DNA of 64,000 nucleotides from Octopus vulgaris. Its lineage: Eukaryota. The notes under the pieces were generated by a model. It was given only the letters and a program-made list of their open reading frames with translations, searched no databases and was not told the DNA's origin. Below, piece after piece: positions 41,415 to 54,240 of this stretch (position 1 is the first letter of the stretch; every line of letters starts with the position of its first letter). The position numbers were made by a program, and so were the translations under genes. The stretch spans positions 26,102,001 through 26,166,000 of the forward strand of contig OX597825.1 of assembly GCA_951406725.2 (NCBI GenBank). The letters run 5' to 3'.

Positions 41415-41970
41415 AAAAACAGAGGAATTTTCTTTCTTGATGCTCCTCGTGGCACAGGTAAATCATTTGTAGTATTGCTTCTCTCTAAAGAAGAATTGCA
41501 GTTTCCTGTACCATTCTCTGGCTTTCCGCTCCATTCTTCCGGGAGGATGAGCAGATCATTCTGCTTTGAAATTACTTGTAAACCTGGTCACAAATGTCAG
41601 TTCAATTTGTAACAAAGATTGAGGTTCAGCAGAAGTGTTGTGCCTATGTTACGTTATCATTTGGGATGAATGCACCATATCACATAAGGGTGCAATAGAA
41701 ACTCTTGGTAAGGCCTTACAGGACATCAGAGGTAACAATACATATATAGAAGGAGTTACATTAGTTTCAACAGGAAATTTCAGACAGACATTAACTGTCA
41801 TTCCTAGACGAACAAGATGTGATGAAATAAAAGCATGCATTAGGTCTTCACACCAATGGAATAAAGTACTGAAACTCTCCTGCGAACTTTATTACATGGG
41901 GACCAATGTGCAAAACAGTCTTCATCCTCGCTTCTCCAGTTAGGAAATGGGGAAGTACCATTTGATGGAA
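41415..41970 (+). pseudogene. Helitron RepHel PIF1-like helicase fragment (frameshifted)
   Basis: GIFFLDAPRGTGKSF (Walker A), IIWDECTISHK (Walker B), LQDIRGNN..GVTLVSTGNFRQTLTVIPR, LQLGNG. Confidence 0.88.
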
Positions 41971-42451
41971 ATGGTGATACATAGATACATATACACATTG
42001 TTAAATCAAAAGCGGGAGAGAAAGACACAAAGGAAGTGAAAGAGAAAGAGAGAAAGTAGGTACGTAAAACATTCATACATAGATACATAGACACAGCAAA
42101 AATTGGATGACAATTTCACTTTTCATTACCACACGAGAATAAAATTAAGTCACAAACTGCATACATAACAAAGCTGGACCCTTTAAATTATAGCTACAAC
42201 TCGAGACATATATATATGAATGTATTTGTGTGTGTGTGTATAGTTTAGGTTAGTTAAAACGTGGTGGAAAACAACTCAATTACCAAACTTTCATTTATAA
42301 ATCCATTTATTATTTCGTTCTGCTGCATTTCAATTTGTACATTAAGATTCTTTGAATATGTACGATATAATTTAAGGTTAATTAGTAATTCAATTTATGT
42401 TTGTGTAACAGAAATTGTTTTCTGTGAATATTTCATAGGTCCAGCTAGTTA

Positions 42452-42483
<32 letters not shown>

Positions 42484-42547
42484 TCACGATTCCAGCTAGT
42501 TATTATTATTATTATTATAATTATTATAATTTTATGATTATTATTGT

Positions 42548-42616
<69 letters not shown>

Positions 42617-42756
42617 TATTATTATTATTAATTCAGAATTGATTTTCCAATTACAGAATGAGTTGTATCCCAAATGAGGAATAAATTGAATTTTATATAT
42701 ATATATATATATATGTACGTTTAAATATTTTTATGTGAAGTCGTGTGTTGAAACAG

Positions 42757-42963
42757 ATATTGTTATATTTCGCAATGGTCATATTGCCAGTTTAGCCAAT
42801 AAAAAACACACACACACTATATATTTGGTGTTATTTTGGCCGAAATAAGATTAAGATTAATGTAAAAAATAAATAACACTGAAACAAAATAACACCAAAT
42901 ATATAGTGCGTGTGTTTTTATTGGCTAAACTGGCAATATGACCATTCCGAAATATAACAATAT
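42757..42963. repeat. Long inverted repeat, ~82-bp arms with ~45-bp spacer
   Basis: ATATTGTTATATTTCGCAATGGTCATATTGCCAGTTTAGCCAATAAAAA..TATATTTGGTGTTATTTTG is mirrored at ~42885-42963. Confidence 0.92.
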
Positions 42964-43089
42964 ATATATATGCATGTATATATACATATAGATGTATGTA
43001 CATATATGTATGTATATATGCATATGTTTTATTTATTTATTATATTGTTATTATATGACCCAACGCACGTGTTGTTTCTCTTCTCCAAG

Positions 43090-43139
<50 letters not shown>

Positions 43140-44316
43140 ATGTATGTGTGTTTGTGTGTTTGTGTGTGTTATTTTGTTTTTATTGAATGCATTTTCCATT
43201 GTATTTTTGTATTAAAATTAATTCTGCATTATGACAGTATATTACAATGCGTCGATAGGTAGCGGATCGACTAGAGAATATTGACTAATGCTGTCTCGTA
43301 TATTTCGCACTCTTGTGATAATTGACATAAAGGTGAAGGCTTCCATGCCCAGCCACCGACAATACACTTTACTGCAGGAGATCAAAACTTTACAACAATA
43401 TTTCCTTGTAGAGTGAATCGTTTATTAAAAGCCATCAACAGGTAGATTTTCTATACAAAATTCCTCGAAAAGTCCAAACAATATATCTATAATGAATAGT
43501 TGCAGACATATTCTCTGTTAAAATATATCAGTATTCATGGACTATGAGTGAGATATTTTAACTAAATATTAAACCAAACTTTTTTACTCTTCCAAATAAC
43601 TACTAAAATTTTATAGAAAATATAAATACAAAGCTAAATAGAAGGTCAGAATATATTTCATTCTTCCCCATGTTGTGTTAAATAAAAGAAAAAGATGTTT
43701 TAAAATCATATTTTTGTGTGTGATAACTTCATGAATGGAAGAAAAAATCCACTAAGCGTCTAACATTTTAATATTACAATTTCTCTTCAAAATATACTTT
43801 AGAGAGGTTTAGCTTTTGTTTACAAAGACTTTTTTTTACACATTACTTTATTTTCCATAACAACATATTCATACTCACGAGACTGAAAGTATGATAAGAA
43901 AAAGAAAACGATAGAAATTCATAAGCAATAGTTATGTTTTCATGATTCTAGCGAATTTGGAATTTATTATAATATATGATATATTTATATTTTTTCGAAT
44001 TAGTGTTTATATTTTTTATATAAATATGATTCTATTCAGCAAAACGTTTTTTTTTTATTGCTGGTGTTTATTACAGCTTATATCACATAAATTAAAGAAA
44101 TTCTCTAAATGACCAACGGCATTTTGGTTGATAAATCGATTTAGACGGATACCGGTTGTGAGTTCAACTTAAAAGAAGATTGTATTTCCAACAGTTACGA
44201 ACACATAAAATTATTAGAGATTATCAGTGAAGTACTCAATCGATGCAATCGACTATCACCGCTTTAACTTTTTAAAGTGCAGGCATTGCACCTATAGTAA
44301 AAGATTTATTATTATT

Positions 44317-44636
44317 AAGTGTGAGAGCTGTGACACTGGGGTAAAATATACGAAGCCCAAGATACCCATCATGACTACCATCTAATAAAGGTAGACTAGC
44401 CACATGCCTCACAACCATATGTGCGCGAAATGGTGCTGTCATATCAAGATAAACAGCACATGACCTTGCAGGTGGGGCCCGGTTAGAATGTTCTTCTGGT
44501 CGAGTAACCCATCCCGCTCAAAAGGTCCCTGAATAAGCGTTGTTTAAATACGTTGAACGAAACACCTATGTTTCCAGAGGTGAATTATTCAAACCGCAAA
44601 GAATCCCTCTCAACACATGACTATGATGCCCCCCCA

Positions 44637-44637
<1 letters not shown>
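44317..44637 (-). mobile_element. Element B, 5'-truncated diverged copy in (TTA)n
   Basis: Colinear with 4595-4931, with short TTA repeats on the left and (TTA)~28 on the right. Confidence 0.87.
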
Positions 44638-44721
<84 letters not shown>

Positions 44722-44724
<3 letters not shown>

Positions 44725-46593
44725 TAGTTTTATTTTTTTAGCGTGCTTTCACTTCACTACCGAGCGCAGCTCTGTGTGCCTTGGGTATGTGCTGTGATTT
44801 GTTGTGATGCTCTGATGGTTATTGTATGGAAAGTGTTCTGCGTAGGATGTGTGCAGTGCCTAGTAGTGCAATTTTCTGTATGTTATATGTGTTTGTAAGT
44901 CCTGGTGTTTTTGTTATGTATTTGTCTGAATATTTTTTTATCATGCCTAATGCACCTACTATGATAGGAATTGTTTCTGTTTTCAGGTTCCACATTCTAG
45001 TTACCTCTATTTCCAGGTCTTTGTATTTTGAGAGTTTCTCCATTTCTTTTAGAGACACGTTGTCATCTGCCGGTATTGATACATCAATTAGAAAGCATTT
45101 TTTTCTTCATGATATCTGACAACTATATCTGGTCTGTTGGCCTTAATTTCTCTATCTGTGTGTATCGGCATATCCCAGAGTATGGGTGCTTTCTCGTTTT
45201 CTGTGACCTTTTCTGGTGTGTGCCTATACCATCTTTTTTCTGTTGTTATTCCATAATGTTGGCATAGCTTCCAATGTATGTAGGTTCCAACTCTGTCATG
45301 TCTGTGAATATATTCCTTCTTAGCCAGGACTGGGCAGCTAGAGATAATATGATTTATTGTTTCTTGTCCATCTCCACATATTCTGCAGTTACTTGTAATA
45401 TTTCTTTACATTACATGTTTTTGGTAATTTCTGGTGGGGAGGCTTTGGTCTTGTGCTGCAATTAAAAATCCCTCTGTTTCTGCTTTGAGTCCTGAGCTTC
45501 TCAACCATTGCTGGGATTTTTCTTTGTCTATTTCTTTTGCGTTTAGTTTAGTCCAGTATTTACCATGAAGGGGCTTTTCTTGCCATCGTTTTATCATGGC
45601 TCGTTGCTGTTCTATTTTTAGTTTGGATTTCATTTGTTTTATAGCTTTTGTTGTTTCTTTATCATCTTCTTCTTCTTCTTTGTGTTTATTAAGTGGTATG
45701 ATTTCTTGTTTGTATTTGTCAGCTTCCTTAAATACTGAGAACGGTTTTTTGTTTTGCTCGTGTTTTGCTCCTATCTGGATCAGTTTTCCTTCCTTCTGAA
45801 GTAGGTATTTTTGCAGTCCTATGGTGGTTATTTTATAGTAGTTTTCCGGCTGTATAAGGCCTCTACCACCTTCTATACGTTGTATATATAGCCTTTCTAT
45901 GTCAGATTTTGGGTGATGCATCCTAGATCCTGTCAGTATTTTTCTTGTTTTCCTATCTATTTTGGTCAGTTCATTTCGTGTCCAGTTAAGGATATTGTAG
46001 CTGTAACTTATAACTGGGACAGCTAAAGTGTTGATACCTATTATCTTGTTTTTAGCATTGAGCTCTGTTTTTAGTATTGATCTAACTCGTCTATAATATT
46101 CTTTTTTTATTTTCTCTTTCATTTGTGTGTGTTGTGTCTTATCTAGTTCATGGATTCCTAAGTATTTGTAACTTTGGCTTTGGTCTAATTCTTTTATTTC
46201 ATTGGTTTTATCTAGTGTGACGTTGTTACTCTTAACTAGTTTTCCTCTTTTCATGGTTACTTTGGCGCATTTTTCTAATCCAAATTTCATATCTATTTCT
46301 TTGGTAAATCCATGAACTGTCTTTAATAGTGTTTCCAGCTGTTTGTCATTTGCAGCGTATAGTTTTAGGTCATCCATATATAAAAGGTGGCTGATCGTTT
46401 TGCCGTAACATTTATATCCGCATCCAGTTCTATTTAGCATATCAGATAGAGGTGACAGTGCCAAGCAGAAAAAGAGTGGAGAGAGCGTGTCTCCCTGGAA
46501 TATTCCTCTTCTAATGGGGATGTCTTTGGTTTTCATGAGTCCCTCTTTTGTTTGGAGGTGTAGCACTGTTTGGCATTTATTCATAGAGTGCTC

Positions 46594-46594
<1 letters not shown>
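44722..46594 (-). mobile_element. 5'-truncated R4/Dong-clade non-LTR retrotransposon (family 1): RT, CCHC zinc finger, restriction-like endonuclease, 3' UTR
   Basis: RGIFQGDTLSP, HLLYMDDLKLY, YKYLG and GGRGL; after an in-frame TAA at 45406-08, CRICGDGQETINHIISSC, RHD and RPDIV; after a -1 frameshift in the A-run at ~45098-45104, LIDVSIP..EKLSKYKDL..IIVGALG. Both ends abut (TAA)n. Confidence 0.95.
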
Positions 46595-46648
<54 letters not shown>

Positions 46649-46960
46649 ATAATCATTATTATTATTATTATTATTATTATTGTTATTATTATTGTTGTTG
46701 TTGTTATCACCTTGCTTGAGATATGTTTTTGGAGTGCTGTAAGCTTCTGTTTAATTCACTAGATTTAAAAGCTTCAATATTGTATTTTGATAAACTGTTT
46801 TGCAAGCCAGCTGTGTTTTGGGGGTAGGGGACTGGACTTTATTAAGTAAAGATGCATTTTGTCGGTGATACAAACATTTTCTGTTTTCAAATTACTTCGA
46901 AAATTTGCTTCGAAGAAAGCAAACATTAAGGATGGTGAGGAAAAGCAGGATTCAGGAAGG

Positions 46961-47031
<71 letters not shown>

Positions 47032-47059
47032 CATCATCATTATTATCATTATTATTATT

Positions 47060-47265
47060 GCCTCCGCACAGCTTCTAACGCTAGAGATGTACTGAGGTGT
47101 CAGCTGCTCACTACCAGTGAACTAAGGTAACACCTCTTATTTTTCGTGCACCTTCCGGAGTATTCGGGCAGTTCCAAGCAGTGTTGTTTTCTGTAAGTGT
47201 TCCACCCTTATTGCAGCCCCTATTTGTTCCACGTACATCTCGAGATTTTTGCTCACTGTTCCCAG
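47060..47265 (-). mobile_element. R4/Dong-clade family 2, extreme 3' end
   Basis: Translation LGTVSKNLEMYVEQIGAAIRVEHLQKTTLLGTARILRKVHEK* (stop 47137-39), a distinct 3' UTR, then (AAT)n. Confidence 0.85.
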
Positions 47266-47678
47266 TCAATATAATCGACTTAATCCGTTTGTTTGTCCTT
47301 GTTTGTCCCCCCTGTGTTTAGCCACTTGTGGGTAGTAAAGAAATAGGTATTTCGTCTGTCTTTACGTTCTGAGTTCAAATTCCACCGAGGTCGACTTTTT
47401 CTTTTATCCTTTCGGGGTCGATTAAATAAATACCAGTTACGCACTGGGATCGATATAATCGACTTAATCTGTTTGTCTTCTCTGTGATTAATCCCTTGTG
47501 GGTAGTAAATAAATGGGTATTTCGTTTGTCTTTATGTACTGAGTTCAAATTTCGCCGAGGTCAACTTTGTCTTTCATCCTTTCAGTGTCGATAAATTGAG
47601 TACCAGTTGCGTACTGAGGTCAATAAAATCGAATGTCCCCCTCCCCCAAAATTTCGGGCCTTGTGCCTAGAGTAGAAA
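47265..47678 (+). mobile_element. Head-less tandem multimer of SINE family B (~170-bp period)
   Basis: Units restart at GGTATTTCGT (47346, 47516) immediately after the tail AAAGAAATA. The last unit has a different tail. Confidence 0.88.
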
Positions 47679-48458
47679 ATAATATTATTATCGTTCGGAA
47701 ATGCAAGTATCACGTTAAATCTCATGCTGGTCAAATGATAACAATGTGAATCTTGCAGTTACTGCTGAAAATGTTTCAACTGAAAATAAAATAAGTATAT
47801 ACAGCAAACATTTCCACTGCTTCCGTAAATACACACATTCACGAATCCATTAATAAATAGGTCCGCGCACGTTTGTTTGCACACACACACACACACATAT
47901 AAACACAGACACGCACATACACACATATAAACACAGACACGCACACACACACATTGATAAAAATGATAGGCCGGATAACTGAAGAGATGGCGACGTGGTT
48001 TTCCACCGCGGCATCCGAAACCCGGAGTTTTCGGATGGCTACCAAACACTTATATATATATATATGTACACATACATATATACAAACACACACTGTTACA
48101 CACACACACATAAGTAAAAAGAAGGGTACAAGATCAGCTGACAAGAACTAAGATTAAAATTATCAGAGTTCAAAATCACGTGATATGAATATATATTTTA
48201 AATTCATATGTGAATTGATCTCACCATGGAGAAGTGCTTTTGCTCCCACCCTCGCTTTTGTCAACCTGTCAGGTTAGAGCTTTGTGTGACTACTCGAGTC
48301 GTTTTTGGCTCTTATTTCTAGCAACGCTGGTCTATCTTAGTTTTTAATTGCTAACGAGCCATCTGTCTGTCTGTCTGTCTATCAATGTAAACATTATATA
48401 TATATATATACATATATATATACACATGTATACTTACATGGCTATAATTATATATTTA

Positions 48459-48513
<55 letters not shown>

Positions 48514-48548
48514 ATCTATATCTATATATTTATATACACACACACACA

Positions 48549-48597
<49 letters not shown>

Positions 48598-48944
48598 TCA
48601 CATATAGTTATTTCCTGGGCCTTGCAAATAAATCATGGTGATTTTTTATAGTAATATAAATAGATATTTCTGTAATTCTGTAATTATTAGAATATACAAC
48701 GTCTTATATTTTTGATGGAGGAGATATTTTTTGTAGACTATTGATAAATATGACATTAAAAATTATATATCTCACATTCATATATGTATTTCTACGTATA
48801 TATGCTTATATATATATACATACATACACACACACACACACTCACACATATATATATATTTATATTTATTTATTTGTAAATATATATAGATAGGTATATA
48901 TATATACATACATATGAAATATGCACACACACATATATATATAC

Positions 48945-48979
<35 letters not shown>

Positions 48980-51884
48980 TATAATAATAATAATAATAAT
49001 AATATTAATAATAATAATAATAATGATGCATGGATTAATGTATACATATGCATACATACATACATACATATATATATAAATACACACATATATATACGCA
49101 TATCTGTGTATATATATGTATATATGTATATATATATATATATACATAAATAGATAATATATAGATATGAGGGGGTGTGGGCATTGGCCTGAGTATGTGT
49201 CTATAAATATACATGTCATTTCCTATAAAACTGCAATACATATGTGTGTATATAGTTGGTAGGATTTACTCCCACATTACTGAGAGATTCACTGCATCAT
49301 TCTTTATCTACCTCATACACACCTTGTCTCATATTTCGATTAATAAAGCTGTGCTGCGTTATGTAAGAATTAATTGGTAGAATTGTCTCGAAATTGTGAA
49401 ATGTAAGGACACGGTTTCGCATCCTGTGAATAATAATAGGCCTCGATCTGTACCGAGAACATTTGTAAAATATTCCTAGTTTTCTACATTTGAATTCTAT
49501 GTATAAAATATATATGTACAGAATCGCATGCACATTTGGAACACTCGGAAACTGGCACGTAAAACATAAGATAAAATGTAGCATATACTTTGCTGCATGA
49601 AAGCGACATGCAAACACATCATATACATGATATATCTATGTATGCACCCATGTAAATTGGTTCACCAATTCAAATTCCCTCTTTGTCACCACTTTGTTCC
49701 ATATCTTCTCTGTTCGATTTAACTCAGGTTATCCTAGTTCAAATCCAAAGCACCTCCAACAGTAGTTGTTTTAATACTAACCTTCTATTTCACAATTTCT
49801 TCACCCGCAGAATGCCAAAAGCCGTTCCTCTAAGCAGACTATATATGGCGAATCCGTATTATAGCATTCGTTAGAGAGTTGTGCTATATTAGGAAGGCAG
49901 TATTCATCTATGTGAGTCAACAAAAGATGTATAAGTCCTCTTTGTAGTTCGTATTGAAACATAATCTACCTTGAGCCTGCAGACAGATTAGAAATTCTAA
50001 GGGTGTTCGGATAAATTATACAGTGGAATATGATGTCAGTATTTCACTGTATAACCTGTCACTTGCAACTTGGAATAATTTTCAGTTGAGTTTGCTGAGG
50101 CAACGAAAAGGATGATATTTATTCAAAGGCAACACAGAGACAAACTCTTGAACTAATGTTTGTGTGCCCCCTGCCCAAACCGCTGTAACATGCGCTACCA
50201 ACGGCGTGAATATTAACGGAAATATTGCCTAGGTAAACACTAGTTAGATTACTGGTATAAATGAAGTATACGAGACTATTGCAGACTTGATGTGTGCTAC
50301 TGAAATAAGGATATTTAATTTGAATACCATATTTTCCAGAAATAAATCGTATCTAACTTTCCAAAACTTTCCCATTGATTGGTGTGTATATATAAATATA
50401 TTTATCAAAGAAGATGCATTTTATATTAAGCGGGGTGTCAGTATTATACAGTAGATGGTTTATTACTAATGCAGACATGTGAGCGACTTGAACTTGCAAG
50501 ACATATAGGCGCAACATGAAGTAGTGCAGTTCATTTTAATCTAATGATTTAACGTCTGTAGCATCTCATTACACAAAGATAGCTACAAGTTGATTATATT
50601 ACCTTATGACACTTTATATAGTATATAGTAAAAAAAAAAGTGTAAATGCTTTGGTAAATACGAAAAAATATAATATAATAAGAAAGTAGGAAAAATCGAA
50701 AAATCCATTCAGAAGGCAGGATGTTTAATTGGCTTTTTGCGCATTCTTCTAGATAACAAATTAATGAAAGGAAGAGAAATAAATAAAAAAAAAAATACAC
50801 AGCCTTCGAAAAAACTCAGCAATGCTATCGAACTAAAATAGTTGGAAAAAAAACCAACTATATTTCGATCTAATAAACTTATTTGAAATTTGAAATTCAT
50901 AAAAAAAGAAAACCCAACTCAAAAGTAGTAAATAAATTTTCCAAATATACATAAAAATACATTTAAAGAAGAATTTTTGGCGTTACTTTTTTAATCGTAA
51001 AATTATACAAGCTAAGAAAAAATAGTTAAGGCATATGTGAATGGAAGATAAGGACTATGCAAAATTGCAATTTCATTTCTTTGAGAAAAAGTTTAGTATT
51101 TTTTTTTCCCTCTGATATTTGTAAGTTTTGTTCGCTTGTCAAAAGTTGGAAAATTACTTTAACAATAACGTCACATATAAAAGATGGAAAAAATTTAAAA
51201 TTAAAATAGTTCTGCAGAATATTTCCAAACAGCAATCATCTCTGAATCAACGTTACGACTATTATGTCTCTCGTACCGCACGTAGGCGCATACATGCACA
51301 CGCAAACCAACCATACATAGACGTGCAAACGCATGTACGCATGAAAAACCAAAGGTGTATACGCACATAACCACACACATACATGCATAAAAGCATATAT
51401 ATTTATATGGCATATGGAATATAAACGAAAGAATAACAACGTAGTAATATTCCCTTGATAAATAGTATTTGTTGTTCTTAAAGTTGACAACTTCTAGTTA
51501 TTTAAACAAGTATGTGTGCGCGCGTGTATGTGTGTGTGTATGTTTGAGCGTGTAACTATATACAACTCATACACACATTCACAAACATATATTCATACAT
51601 ATTAAGTAAATCACAGATAGCTTATGTCCGGAGAATTCTTATGTAAATATGAATGACTAGAATGTAAAAATATATTTAACCCTGCTGTGTAGATACTTCA
51701 AAATTGAACAAGGATTGTAACGTAAAACACGTTGTTGAAAGGGATGAAGAAAACTTCTCTCGATGAACAGTCGCAAGAAGCCAAGTCTTTCGGTTCGTTC
51801 TCGGAGCGAATAGCTTATTATTATGAAATACAAGCATGTATACTTATTTCCAACATCCCCGTTATACATATATGAATGTATGCA

Positions 51885-52925
51885 TGCCATGATTCAGTTT
51901 ACTTCAGGGTTTCTTGCCAATAGAGAAAGAACCGGTTTCTAACCTAGATCCAAATCTCTTTCAGGGGAATTTCAACATCAACAACAAGGGATTTTTGTAT
52001 GGATGCATGTATGTATGTATGTATGTATGTATGTATGTATGTATGTATGTATGTATGTATGTATGTATGTATGTATGTATGTATGTATGTATGTATGCAT
52101 GTATGTGCAGATTTGAATGTTTTATGTATTTATTCTCATGAACATAGTTTCGTATCTAGACATACTCATATATAAATGAAAAATTTATGGTACGTTTTAC
52201 AGAAATTTACAGTTCCGGTGATGGACTGAATCAGTAGTCTTCGAATTATCTTTCTACTTTCTGGCTTGGGAAGCCTAATTTCTCAAGATTAGTATTTAGG
52301 CAATGTGTTGCATATCCCAGGGCTCCAATAATTACAGGTATAAACCTGAATTTTTAATCTGCAGATTTCTTAGTAGTTCAGCATGTGTCCTCTTTTACAC
52401 TGTTCTTTATGTTAACATCCACTGGGCAGGTATTTCCACAACTGTGCACTGTTTCTCTTCTCAATGCCAAATCATTATATCAGGTATGTTGTGCTTATAT
52501 TTTATTGATGTCTTCACTGGTACATTCCACCAATATTCCTTTTTATTATGAGCGGTTATGGCTTCTACCATATTGTGGGTTCTTATTTCTTTGTCCTCTG
52601 GATTATCCTTCCGACAGATTTGATTACAGAGTGTCCTATACACAACATCATGTCTCATCGGTAGATAAGACTGTAATGACATTTTCGAACAACTGCTTAT
52701 GATGTGAACTCCATAAAGTGTGCTTCGATTGTCCCATTTTACTACTTTTTCTGCATCTCTGTTCCTTTTGTTTGAATCAGGTACTTGGTTGATATTTTCT
52801 GTTCTTGGATTGTAAACGCATACCCTTCAAAATGGGAGGTAGTAATCCGGTTATTGGTCCATGATAAACTGCGCTGATGATCGATGTTACTATCATCACG
52901 GAGCTTTCTACTAACATTTCCATGC

Positions 52926-52926
<1 letters not shown>
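51885..52926 (-). mobile_element. Degraded R4-like LINE (family 3) associated with (CATA)n
   Basis: MHG..IDHQRSLSW..SHFEGYAFTIQEQ, SSCSKMS..YLPMRHDVV, WWNVPVKT..HNIPDIMIW, FIPVIIGALG, QSITGTV. The 5' junction runs into (ATGT)n at 52927. 51885-51996 is interpreted as distal 3' UTR beyond an internal (ATGT)n tract. Confidence 0.78.
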
Positions 52927-52956
<30 letters not shown>

Positions 52957-53573
52957 TGTATGTATGTATGTATGTATGTATGTATGTATGTATATATGTA
53001 TGTATCTATCTATGTAGCTATCTATTTATATATGTTATGTGTATATAGGTGTAAATACATTGGAGGTATACTTATGTACGTAGAAACTGAGATTTCGACC
53101 AGAAATAACCAGTTCCATTAGAAACGTAACATCCCCACTTGGAGAATATATTTAATTATGTTACGGTGATACATAGTTTGCCGTGGCCCATTTGAATAAA
53201 GAATTATTGTTTGCAGAGAATTATCCGAGAGTAGGTTTATCAGGGAATTATTTGACGAAATTGCCCAGGAAGTGTTTGGATGTTACGGTGACTTTTTGAG
53301 TATATTAGTATTATCTTTAAAAAAAAGCAGAGTCAGATGAGGTGTAATGGTTCCAACATAGTGCATTGATGCGAAGCAAGCGAGACATTTTGTCATACGA
53401 AGATTGACACATAATTGAATATTAAAGCTGATACCAACATAACTTGGGCAATGTTGACGCAATAGTTAGAATGACACTCAAAGGTTGTTGAGGTCAGTGC
53501 AGCATTGGAGGGGATAGAGTTTAGATTCTCGAGCTAATCCATTAATCAAAAATTGTAGCGTTGGATATTTTTA

Positions 53574-53629
<56 letters not shown>

Positions 53630-53946
53630 CACAATATAATGAATTCTGGTTTGAATAGGCTACTTAAATGGATATTTAGGCTGTGCACATTAGCTGTTAT
53701 TTTTTCTTTGCTAAAAAAATCTACTGCTATTAGCTTAGATTTTCTTAGATCAGTGTCGAGAGTAACGACCCGAAACTGCAAAGACTATATGGTACTCGAC
53801 TGAGGATTGAGAGCTACGACTGACCCGACCTTGTTTTTTCTTGTCCTCTTTTGTATTGTCTAACTGTCCGAATGTTGTGTTGTCGCCTGTTACGTTCTTG
53901 TTCCATTCTTTTACATATACATATAGCAGCGTACGTACATATTTGG

Positions 53947-54037
<91 letters not shown>

Positions 54038-54039
<2 letters not shown>

Positions 54040-54240
54040 TTTTATTTGTCACAAATGTCAGACTGCGGTCATGCTGGGGCACTACGGTGAAGGATTTCTA
54101 GTCCAACGAAGTACAAACAGTACGTTATTTTAAGCCCGGTACTTATTCCATCGCGGACTCTTTTGACGAACCTTTAAGTTACGGGTACGTAAGCACACTA
54201 ACACCGGTTGTCAAATGGGGAGAGGGAACAAACACAGACA
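54038..54240 (-). mobile_element. SINE family A 3' half next to (TA)n
   Basis: GACTGCGGTCATGCTGGGGCAC..GTACTTATTC..TAAGTTACGGGTACGTAA..CCGGTTGTCAA. Confidence 0.75.

Noticed and set aside
53330-53480. Gypsy RNase H-like remnants (IIEY..GNVDAIVRM; also MLGYDITSEH near 56772)
   Set aside because: Very short degenerate matches, with no LTRs or other pol motifs visible.
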